From contig NW_026782003.1 of NCBI RefSeq assembly GCF_031769215.1, positions 1,178,001-1,242,000 of the forward strand: DNA of 64,000 bases. Reading direction: 5' to 3'. This document shows positions 1 to 12,600 of this stretch, one piece after another. The DNA comes from Ylistrum balloti (taxonomy: Eukaryota). Made by a program: the position numbers and the translations under genes. The notes beneath the pieces were generated by a model. The model was not told the origin of the DNA, ran no database searches, and saw only the letters and a program-made list of their open reading frames with translations. Position 1 is the first letter of the stretch. Every line of letters begins with the position of its first letter.

Positions 1-2033
1 ATTCAGTTGTTGGTGTTTATTTGTGATATTTTTCTTACTGGTAATAATGTAATTCTCCTGCCTTTACTTAAAAAGACTGACAGGGTTCATATTATTTATG
101 TAAATTATGTTAGATTCCCTATGTAGATAACTGGGTGCTAACTGTTTGTATTTCACAATTTACTCTTTTAATCAGTTTTTGCATCATGTAGAATTCAGCA
201 TGATGGTGATGTTAATTTTAATTTAGGATTGATGGTTAAATTTGCATTGATAGCAGTTTTTGAAGCCTAAAATTATGAATTCTGGTATTATATAACCATT
301 TTCTAACATTCTACAAATAACTTCTGTTCAATAACCAACATGTCAAGGGTCATGACATGCTTGGATGAAGGGCGTTATAGTTTGTCCAAATGAATGACCT
401 TGACTTTAAACTTTAAAGGTCATCAACAGTCAGGTGTGTAATAACAGCTTCCTCTCAATAATCAAAAGGCCTAAGGTCATGATGTTTTTCTGATAATATG
501 TTGGCATGATAATGACTTTCAAGTTTGTTCAAATTAATAATATTTACCCACTTTCTAGGTCACAGGAGTCCAATGTGTTAAAACCTTCAACCAACTTCTT
601 TTCAATAATCTAAAGGATTGAAGTCATGGTATTTGTCTAGCTACACGCATGCTGGGTGAGGAATTTTCTAGTTTGCCAAAATAAACTTAAAACCTTCTCT
701 TTGTTAGCTGCAGAACAGATGTTAGATACAGACCACTTTGACCTTTTTTCTCAATCATATCCCGTGCATTAATTTTAGAAACATTGTGATTAGGCTGTTA
801 ATCTATGCCCAGACAAAAATAATGAATTTCAAATCAAGTTTACACATAATTCTTAGTCTGGGAAATCAGTTTTATACTAATGTAATCCGAGATTCACTGG
901 GACGTTCAGGTTTTAATTGATGTTTTTATGCCACACATTACTGAGATTTTATGTATGTATGGGAATACATTCCATGTGATGTAACGATGAGGATTTCATT
1001 TACACATTTTATACTGACACTTATACCATTAAAGAAATTCTGATGAAAATTTAAGCATATTTAAACTGTGTGACGTTATAATTACAACATTTGATATGAA
1101 TTTAGTATGATTCAGAACAAGTGGTTCATATTGGTAGACAATGGACACAACAACTTGCACAAATATTCCAGAAAAATATGAATGAAGTAAAAAATACATA
1201 GCTTTAATGAAACCATTTATAATATTTTCATTTGCATTCAATACTAAATACTAGTATTAAAATCAAGCATGTGAACAGATCAGATAAAATACAAGTTTGG
1301 GACAGAATGGCTTAAATTACGTTCAAACAATTCAAAGGATTTAAAACTATAACACATAATGAAGTTGAATCGTAACTGATGATCATTTATTAATTTGAAT
1401 TATATCGTAAGTCCAATAAAAAGAGCTAAAACAATGATAATCACAGATTCATAACAGCTCCCGTAACAAGCATAAGAATCAAACACAATGAAGACCTTAT
1501 AGATGCACCATATCACGTTTACAGCATTGGTCTTTCAGCATGTATTGATCTTACTATCCCACCCTCTACACAAGAATAAATTTACCAATCCCCAACATAA
1601 AAATTTTCCGAAGTCTGGCATTGGTTAGTAATATTGTACAAAACTTTGGATATACTGTATAACATAGTTTTTTTGTGTGCATTTAATTTTTGCCATTTTT
1701 TACAAATTTTGAACATAAACATTATATTGTCAGTCACATTCATGTCCTTTTATACATAGTGTTTGTACATCGTGCAGCGTTTTACATATACATGTAGCGC
1801 CGATGACACACAATCTAGATAAAAACCAATTGATCATGACATCAGTGACCATGTAAACTGACCAGAGTTACATATCACAGCTGAAATAATCTCCACAATG
1901 TTCTGTTATCTATCAGGGAATTAATGATAAATAGCATGAAATATGAACATTAGATTGTCATATAAAATCATGTAATTTAGGTGAATGAAAATAATCTAGT
2001 ATACGGTAAGAGATTCAGTTATGCTTACAAAAT

Positions 2034-2186
2034 CTAAAACTGGTTCGCTATGTCCTGTGCTGCAGTAATTGTGTCCTTTGGCAAGTCACTATACCCCAAT
2101 TGCACCGCAGAGCATGTTGTGGGCCTCTTATACATGACAAAGGAGGCAATTAGTAGGCAGAAGAAGCAGAGGGCTTTCTGCATCAT
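2034..2186 (-). CDS. Putative 50-aa secreted peptide (tentative)
   Basis: ORF MMQKALCFFCLLIASFVMYKRPTTCSAVQLGYSDLPKDTITAAQDIANQF* with a hydrophobic N-terminus. It is preceded by an acceptor (ctgacag at 2201) and a donor CAG|gtaaac at 2358, and local GC is raised. No homolog recognised. Confidence 0.3.
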   Translation of the reverse strand: MMQKALCFFCLLIASFVMYKRPTTCSAVQLGYSDLPKDTITAAQDIANQF

Positions 2187-3698
2187 GCTTAATAAGGTAG
2201 CTGTCAGATACTACAAGGAGACACCTCCCCGTGATCAGTGGCAGTGACTGTTCACAATTAACACAACAAACAAACTAAGATACTAATGAAATGAAGTAAT
2301 GTCACATCAACTGTGGTTATGGATGTTGATGGTCCATTCTTTAATTTCTTACGTTTACCTGTCTCAGTGGAACGCTAGTAAATACCAAGAGGTATCCATA
2401 TAAAATTTCTGCCATGATCAACAACTGAGCAATCTGGATGTTGGTTCTCACACTCCTTTGGGGCTTATTTTCTAAACTTATCAATGGTAAGTTCCAATAT
2501 ATTTTCCATGTATGTGAAACATTTTTCACTTTTACCAATGATAAACTAAAATATTGTATTCAGTGTAGTCTCGCAACAGGTTTTCTGTAACACTTGTGAT
2601 TTACTAACATACAGTACATATAATTAGACCATAATCTCTTCAGAAATAGTAAAGGTGATTGTAGGAATCAAATACCTTTGATCCTTAAAGTATGTATTTT
2701 GTATGGAAAAGAAAAGATTCCAGCTTCACAGTGCAACACAAAAATCATATGAATATGAGAACAATTTATTTCTAAATACACACCACTTTTGGCAAAATAT
2801 GATTGATATAGATTAAAGCAAAAAAAAATATATAGCAGTTGTTGCTTTAAATAAAACTTTAAAGATATCATGTGTCTTTATATCACTTTATGGCAATATC
2901 ATGAACATGTTCATAACAGCTGTATCTTCTGTTTGCATAAATTTATACACTTTCGTATAATAGTTAAGACACTTAACATAATAAATTAAAACCTGAAATG
3001 AGTTTATGATATGAAATAACAAAATAAATAAAGTATCACAGTTAGGTTATAAATCTTTTCATTTGCAAATACCAAAACTTGAATTGTCATTAACTGTTTA
3101 TGTATCAGGATCAGCGACAAGTTAAGTGATAGAATTATATCTCAAGTCCAGGCAAGTTACCAGTAGTATCCAAACCTGTCTATTTTCAAAATGGCTACAT
3201 GAATGCAAATCTATGAAACAGTCTGATTCAGTAGAGGGATAAGTTATAGATAACTAGTCCAGAAGAGGTACCAGTGGACACAATACTGGGACAGGAAACT
3301 TCATGCAAGGCTCTAGTGACACAGGCTGAATATGACAACATACCAATGGAGGAATTTCCTTAACAGCTAGCACAAGCTGCAGAGACAGTCCTATTGTGTC
3401 CATATAGATATCCTTAGACCTAATAAGTATCACACACTGACCACGTGGAGAGGCATGTAAGATGGACATCTCTGGCTATACAGTCATACACGTGTCCTGC
3501 TGATGTGTCCTCAGTAGCACTTGTCTAAATACAATAAAAAGGATCCACAAAGACATACTGCCCACATTAATTAACTGACTGGCTATCTAAACGAGATAAT
3601 AAAGCAGTGTTTGGTTGTGGCTATAGAACTGAGGCTGGCCTGTACATCTAATTTGATAATACTGCAACTGTCCACTGTCCAGAGCATGCATGTCCAGT

Positions 3699-6600
3699 CT
3701 ACATGTCTGGAGAGCTGACTAATACTGGACTAGGTTTGTTGTTTGCCAGTTTCTTTGCACGTGTCTGTGCTATATATCGCTGCCTTTCTTCCTCTGCTTT
3801 GTTCTTAGCCTCCAGATCTCGCTGTCTCTGTCGCTCCTCCTCCTCCATCTCCATCTGAAGCTCCTTCCGCCACTGTCACGAAACATTACAAGATAGTAAA
3901 CACAACACTGGATGACCAAATGGTGATCTTCTTTTCCCACAAACAGATAGCACTGAGTAATTTGAACATTTACAGTTTAATATTATTTATATTAACAGTA
4001 TTATAGTATAAATGATTGCCCAAGCTTGTTAAGTTTACACTGTCTTTCAGGTGTGTACAAACTTTACTTTAAACCATAGGATTAACTGACCAATCATCAC
4101 TGACCAATATTATAGGGTATATACTTTTTGTAAACATTTCTTTTTCTGTCTTGATATAGATACTTGATCAAAGAGTAAAACTTATAATTATGAAGCTAAC
4201 CTGATCTTCTACAATCCTTCTCAAATCAAAGCTGGTCCTCTTTTTAAAGTCTATGGGAGGTTCATACAGGGCAGTAGCTAGCATGATCTCCTCTCTGGTA
4301 ACACAAAACATAGATTATTTACAGTGATTATAAAAATATGATTTTAGCAGAGTTTTGCTAAAAAAAAAAAAGATTTTTTTTTTAATCTAATGAGGAAAAT
4401 TACTTATAGAGAGGGAGTGATCATGATACAAGTTTGATCAACTTAATTAACTACTTGGCCCAGATGCACACTGCTTGTAAGGGCCTTAAAAGTGGTTAAT
4501 GATAAATGACTTTAACTATTGATCATTTCCAACTTCACTGCAAATAACACCTATAGCAGTAAGATTAAATCCACTATCATGAAAATTTTTCTCACCAATT
4601 ACATATGAATAATTAAACAATTTCTATCTGTTTTCTGAGCTTGATTCAGAATGTAAGAAATTGACAGAAGGATCATTCTTTTAGGAATTCTGATAGTCAC
4701 AATACCTAGACAACAAAACTTACTTAAGAGATGTCCTGTTGGGAACAGTCTTTCTTGGGGAGAGGTCCTGTTTGAATTTGAAAGGTGGGGATGAGGCCTT
4801 GGGCTTAGGCACAAAGTGATCTACAGGAGGGGGCAGTGGAGGTAGGTAAATATTGGAGAGCCCAGCAGCCATCTTGGATCCTATCATAACCGGCTGGGTT
4901 TGTGATGCAAATTTCTCAAACATTTGCTCTATATCAGTATGAACCTATAATGAATATAAAGTATCAGTTAAAAATTTCATGTATTCCACAAATTTTGTAG
5001 AAATATGAGAATATTACAAGCTTGATTTCAAATATATATTCTTTCTTTTCTAGTTTTTGCTTCAAAGGTCCCCTTCATAATAAAACTGGGACAGCAAAAT
5101 AGTGTTATCTCAAAAAAATGCTGTCTAGATTTTATGTAACTAAATTCTGTATTAATTTTTTTCATACTTGATTTAGACGAGCCATTGCAGTGTAGCATAC
5201 TTGTACATATAATGATGTGATCAACTGACCTGACCAACTTTGAGTGCCTCTAAGACTCGGTCATCCTTCTCATGAGAGTGGGCCTTCAGGAGGATGTTCC
5301 ATGCAGCAGTTTTCATTCCTTCTTTATTCTTATCTGCACCAAGACAACGCACAATTTTCACCAGAGACTGTATTGCTCCATAGCGTATTCTCCAGCTCCA
5401 GTCGTTCGGCCCTTCAAGGAAAATGGTTTATGATAATTTACTTCATGTTCATTTTTTATTGCCCACATAACTCTTTTCTGTTTTGAAAGTAATATTTTTG
5501 GAGATTTTTATACTATTTTCACTTAATCATTAAAAAACAAATATAAAACAGCAGTGACATATAAGATTCTTTCTAATATCTAAAGTCCTTTGGCACATGT
5601 ATTTCTATTTTGGCATTAGGATGGGTTATATGTTGCAGGAAAGAATGAATATGATGATTCTTTGTTTTTGTTATAACATCATAAAACTATTTAACTTTTC
5701 CATATCCCTTGTTAAATAACAAAGATAGTTTAATTGATACTTTACACAATGAATTGTTGTTCTATTGTTCTTGTTAATTACAAAGAAGAATTTAGATAAA
5801 CATCAAACTAAATGGTAATATGGTAAAGATATTTCTTTAAAACTGTTTTAATTACATAGAAATAGTTGCATAATCTATTAATTTCATATTGAATAAAATT
5901 GATTGTTTATCTCAACCTAATCTATTGATGTTTTTTTCTATTTTTATGAAAAATGAACAACACAATTTCAAATTTTGTAAATATCAATAAATTTCAGTTT
6001 TTTTTATATAAAGGAAAAATGATTAAAATTAAAATGAATTTTATTTGTTTTAAAAACATAATGAATAAAAATGAATATTTTCAATAACAGAACACTTGTG
6101 TTTTTGTTTTATTAGCCTTTACCTAAACAAAAAGCAAGGTGTGAAATTCACAGGTAGGTAATTAATGATTAGACAAAGAGGAAGTAAGGCTTCAATGATC
6201 ACACCTCTACCTGATCTACCACTGGCCCTTTGATCTAACTAGAATGTAACAACACTGTATTTTTATAAAAGGATTAACTTATAATTAGTATAGTGGCTTC
6301 ATTTGTCTGTCCTCACATACTAATAACAACTCAATAATTAGACCATCTTCTAACAGTGGATGTCCTCAGAAAATGAGATATAGTGAGATTGGAGCTGCTC
6401 AAAGCTACTCAAATTAAAATACCACCCTGATAAAACTGGGAGAATTTCCTGTAGTTAATCACATTGATCTAATACCTTCACCAAGAACCTTTCAAGCACC
6501 TGACAAATTTGCGACCATGGACCATAAAGACATTGCTTGTCTAGCCCTGGAGTTAAGGACATTACTGGTTGCTCACGATAAGGCTTTCACACAGATCCAA

Positions 6601-9600
6601 CTCATAGGTAGGTAAACAGTATATATAGGTATCATGTGACTAGTACAATATGTAAATCGAGTGACAAATAAAGAATATATCATAAGATAGGTATTGTAAC
6701 ACAGATCATAAACAAGTACACATTTATCCAAACGAGGACAATTTGTTTCATCTATACTGACCCAAAGTGTTGAACAAATGTTGATTACACTTTTTCACAT
6801 TCTTTTTTCAATTTTTCAGATATCAAGCTCAGTGATCTTGAAGTGAAGGTGTTATCTGCCCATGCAGAGGGACAGCAGGGCCTTCAACTACACCTCCTCA
6901 ACAGGAAGTCTGTCATAGAGGGAGTGAGACATGCTTTCCATCAGTACCGTGTTGACAAATGGAACCAGATTCGTACTTTATCCAAACTGATCATTGATAC
7001 CCTTGCTATAGATGGTACAATGTTGCCACTCCCCCCACAACCTGATCACCAACAGACTGAGGAAGATGACTTGACCACTACACTGACCATTGCTTACTCT
7101 GTGTTCTCTAGGGGTCTGTGATTCAGATGGCGATCATATGACCCTTGTCTACTCTGTGTTCTCCGAGACTCTGTGACAGCGCAAGTCCAGCTTATTCTGT
7201 GTTGTTGGAGACTGATGGTCAGTCATGTTATGGTGACTTGTTGTAACAATGACTTTAGGATATGATTATATAGTGCACTAACATTCAAATGCTGATTCAG
7301 TCTAGCTGATCTATAGTTGTAAATTATTAGTGACCTGCTGTGTACTTCTTAAGGTTTTATACCTACATGTGATGTATACATAGACTAGTGCTTACAGATC
7401 TGTTACTGAAACACCTGTTTCAATTATTTTCTGTACTATAATCACTATTTTAATAAAAAAATGTCAAAAACTCTATGTCCTTTGTCAAATTGTTTTTAAA
7501 TGAAAATGGTTATAATTCTATGCAGGTACATGTATGAGTAAAATACTGACTAAAATCCTTAAACTGGGCACCATCTTATAGACAACCCAACACATTGGTA
7601 ATTCAAAATAACTGTAAATGACTACAAAGCAATGACAACTTCACAGGGCAGAAATTATTGAGTACATTATTCCATATGCTGTCAGTAATGACAACAGCAG
7701 AAGAATAAGAGAAGACTAGAATAAACAAGATGGATGTGATTACTGACGATTTTGTCTAGAAATCATCATATCACATATGCCCTTTACAGACAGGAGAAAT
7801 CAACATTGACTGTCTGGGTTATCATAACTTTATCATTGTTAATTTTGAAGATAGTATAGCACAATAAAAGCCTAGGTACAAAATATCTAAGAAGTAATCA
7901 AAAGTATCAATATATGATCGTGAAATCAGTGTAGAGTTGTTCAGTTATACATCTGGCTAAGCTCTGACTATACCAGACACTGTTCAATCCCGACATTACT
8001 TGTCTGATCCAGGTAATCCGACAATGATTACCATTATTTAGTAGACAATGCTCTGTAAACTGGTCAAATCACATGACAACAGGGGTTAAGACAGAATGCA
8101 TAATTTATATACTTCTAAATAACATTTAAACAAAAAACAAAATCTCACCACCATCCCTGACTTCATTGGTAGCATGGAAGAAAGCCAGATCTAACAGTCC
8201 ACTACTTTTCAGTGGTAAATTGTGGACATGGTATCTAACTGGATTAGTCACATCCTTATTGTTTCCAATAAGAGCCATTTTCTGAATGTTAGCATTAGCT
8301 CCATACAGACAAATGTCTGCTAGGATGTCTGTATAGGTGATGGCCACCTCCCAGTGCCAACCATTTAGACCAGGGGTGTCCGACATCTGAAGAAGAAAGG
8401 AAAAAGCATTGGCTAGGGGTTTTTAAGTTACAAATACTCAAATGTTAATGTCCAATTAATACACAGAGCTTGTCTGTACACAATTTGTCTTGATTTACAA
8501 AAACTGACCTGATGATTACTATTTCCTGTATCTAGGTCATGTAATGTGTCTAACACAAATTCATATTTCAGACTCTGTTCACTTACCGGTAGTACGTGCA
8601 TGTAAGGACTATCAACCTACTGGTAGGTCTTTTTATGTAGGGACTGTAAACTTACTGGTAGGTTTGTAGAGGTAAGAACTGGGACTATTAACTTACTGGT
8701 AGGTCTGTAGATGTTAGAACTGGGACTATTAACTTACTGGTAGGTTCGTGTAGGTTGGGACAGAGCTAGCCTGTGAGTCTCGCCCACTAGCGTCCGATCC
8801 TAGCTCCACTCTGAACCCTGTCTGATCACTCTGTTTTGACTGTCTAGTGTGTGGGTCTATCACATGATCTGATTCTCTTGAATACTTCTTCTCCTTCTTC
8901 TTGCCTTTACCATTACTGTCAGCAAAAGACACCTCTCTCTGTGGACCCTTCACTGGTGACGTAGATGTGTTTTCCTTCAAGGCAGATTTAAGTTTATTAT
9001 CAAATTTCTCAAGGTTTTCTCTGCTTAGTTTGGCTTCTCTTTGGTCGGGAGTAAGTTTATTGGTCAATCTTGAGTCCCGGTCCTCATCACTTCGCTCATA
9101 GATGTCACTGAGAGTTGGTTTAGAACTGAGGTAGCTCTCATCCCCACGGTGAGATTCATCACCATCACTAGAAACACTGTATATATCTGTGGATAAAAAC
9201 AAAGTCAAAAGTTAAGTATATAAAACAGCTGATAGCAAGAGTCAGGGTAAACTAGGAAAAGCCATGTCAATTTGCTTTTATCTGTATAGGGATGATAATG
9301 ATATCAACACTGATATACCATATATTAAGTTTCACTTCAAACAAAATGCATTGGAATTGCCAGAATGATAATATTACATCAAAATCATTGATTGTTATAT
9401 ATGAATTTAACTTATTTTTCATTGTACAGATTTACAAATACACATATGTTTCTTTAGATCAGTATAAATATATTTCAGTTACACACTCAAAGTGACTTTG
9501 TAAAATGTAAACCAATATTCCATGTTAGTCATAAATTATTTTAATAACAACATATAATTTTCTATATGGTTAGCTACACTCAAATCTGGTGAGTATATTT

Positions 9601-12600
9601 AACACCATAGAAAGTAGGATGAAAACACCTGATTAAAGTCTGTAATTCTAGAACTAATCAACAGTTATCATATGACTAATCATGATTATTGTTATACCCA
9701 TATATCATATTTTTCCTAATTATTTTATGATATATATATATTATCTCTGATCTAGTACATAATACTAGTAAAGTGAAACCACTCATGTCTAACTTATAAA
9801 CTATGATGTAACAATGGAAATAATAGATAATATAAATCCAGGATGAATTCAGGAGTGACATAGACATAAAAACATGTTTCAGCCTTTTTCACAATAAAGA
9901 TTTTGATCATGTGATAAATAAATTTATTTATTTGTTCCTATTTGAGTTCATGAATCCCATCACAGTTATTTACTTTACATTTTAGCTTATCATGTTTTTG
10001 CTAAAATGAATTATCTGTCAGACTTGTTTGAAACTTTAAATGTAAGATCCTATTTGTACTCTGAACAAATGTTAATATATCAGAAGAACAGCCAATGTTG
10101 CTGCTTCTATATAGGTAGTGAATCAATGGGTCCTACTACTGTCAAAAAAATGTTAGTATTCTTTCCCAGAATATATACATATATATTGAAGTATGGTAGC
10201 ATGATTTGATGTATACCTTTGTTGGGTTCCCATGAAGCTAAATACAGAGATGTAGAGGATCTCATTAAAACTGATAATAATCTTTATACATCCCTGGTAG
10301 ATATCAACATAATTACTGATTTATATAATAACATGTAGTTTAAGAAATACACAACCAATCTATCTGTAAAATACACACACTGTTCTAATGACATTCAACT
10401 AAATGTGAAGGATTGTATAATAAGTATGTGCAAAATGATATTAACTAAGAAAATGACAGACATTAAAACACTAGGAAAAATAATACAGACATGCTGGGAA
10501 GGATTTCATTCTCTGTTTGAGAGATATTTGATAGAAGGTCCTTGTCACATATATCAATTTCATATATTTGTTTTCATTAATTTTATATATATTACAAGTA
10601 TTATTATTGCTAATTCAGTATTGAATTTTAAATGTGAATCAGATTACTGTAATAACTTGTTTGTCAGATACACCAATTATAACACTGAATTATATTAAAC
10701 ATTTAAGTAACAAGCTTATCAAATAATAAAACGTGCGAAATAATAGTATGGCATAAAAATGCTAATATACAGTTTTACTGGAACTTAGAATGCTAAATCA
10801 GAACTTCAAATAGATAGAACTGGATGTTCATTTTTATTCTCTACCATTAATATCGAAATCCAATTTTGATATGAAAATATAAAAAAACTATTATAGAAGT
10901 ATAAAAGTGCAACAGTGTGTCACAGGCAAGGAAGATGTAATATCCATCTTTTCTTCTCATATCTCCCAAACATAGAATGGTGTATAAAACAATGTGGTGT
11001 ACAACAGTGGGATGTACAGGAGTGCCAGGAAGTGTGGTGTACATAACAGGGATGTACAGGTGTGCCAGGAAGTATGGTGTACAACAGTAGGATGTCCAGG
11101 AGTGCCAGGAAGTGTGGTGTACAACAGTGAGATGTACAGGAGTGCCAGGAAGTGTGGTGTACAACAGTGAGATGTACATGAGTGCCAGGAAGTGTGGTGT
11201 ACATAACAGGGATGTACAGGTGTGCCAGGAAGTATGGTGTACATAAGTGAGATGTAAGGTAGTGCCAAGAAGTGTGGTGTACAACAGTGGGATGTACAGG
11301 AGTGCCAGGAAGTGTGGTGTACATAAGTGAGATGTAAGGTAGTGCCAAGAAGTATGGTGTACATAAGAGAGATGTACAGGTGTGCCAGGAAGTATGGTGT
11401 ACAACAGAAGGATGTAAGACAGTGCCAGGAAGTGTGGTGTACATATGAGAGATGTACAGGTGTGCCAGGAAGTATATGGTGTACGATAGTGGGATGTAAG
11501 GTAGTGCCAGGAAGTGTGGTGTACATAAGTAAGATGTAAGGTAGTGCCAAGAAGTGTGGTGTACAACAGTGGGATGTACAGGAGTGCCAGGAAGTGTGGT
11601 GTACATAAGTAAGATGTAAGGTAGTCCCAGGAAGTGTGGTGTACATAAGTAAGATGTAAGGTAGTGCCAGGAAGTGTGGTGTACATAAGTAAGATGTAAG
11701 GTAGTGCCAGGAAGTGTGGTGTACATAAGTGAGATGTACAGGAGTGCCAGGAAGTGTGGTGTACATAAGAGAGATGTACAGGAGTGCCAGGAAGTGTGGT
11801 GTACATAAGTAAGATGTACAGGAGTGCCAGGAAGTATGGTGTACATAAGTGGGAAGTACAGGAGTGCCGGGAAGTGTGGTGTACAACAGTGGGATGTATA
11901 ATAGTGCCAGGAAGTGTGGTGTTGAGCTAATGTTCATACCATCTTTGTCATCAGCTGAACAACAAAACATCACACACAACATTAATCCCATAATAAAACA
12001 GAATTTGTACAAAAGGGTATTGATGATTGTATCTCAAACCATTACAAATAATCAAACAATGTCAATGTAATCATGAAAGCGATGATTTCCAAGCAGCAAT
12101 CATATAGGTTAAAACATTAAGCAGATGAAATTTTACTGACTCAAGTATATAACACATTATGAATTGGCGCTGTGTATAGCTGAAGGTGGCTGCCACATGT
12201 AATCATTTTCATATAACATTATAATTCTTCTCTGCTTCAGTTAAACTTGGCAAAAATACGTCAGCATACTTTATGCTGTAAAAACTATATGATTTTTATT
12301 CTATTAATAGATAATGTGTTTTATGCATAGTTAGATATGATGTTCTCTAATATTTCAAAATATAAATGATATACCTAAACTGTAAGTCTCCATTACAAAC
12401 ATATCAGAACATAACCTTGGTGAATTTTTTTTCTAATATAAATGAAAGAGTATGTATTAGTCACCTGATCCATCTGTACCGGAGCTTTCCGGAGGTGTAC
12501 CACCTCGGATCTTTGGTTTGCTACCACGAGCCAGACTGTGTAGGGTCTGCATGGCTGCTATGTCTGTCTTTGCTGCCTCAGCTAATATTTTCAGAGCAAT

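Noticed and set aside
2050-2247. Plus-strand 65-aa ORF
   Set aside because: No recognisable motif or splice context. It is probably the antisense shadow of the minus-strand peptide candidate, or chance.
3254-3469. GC-richer stretch with short ORFs on both strands
   Set aside because: No convincing splice sites or motifs; best explained as TMEM232 3-prime UTR.
10847-12012. Three ORFs of over 300 aa as real proteins
   Set aside because: The same peptide cycles through all frames because the 40-bp unit lacks stops; this is a repeat artefact.
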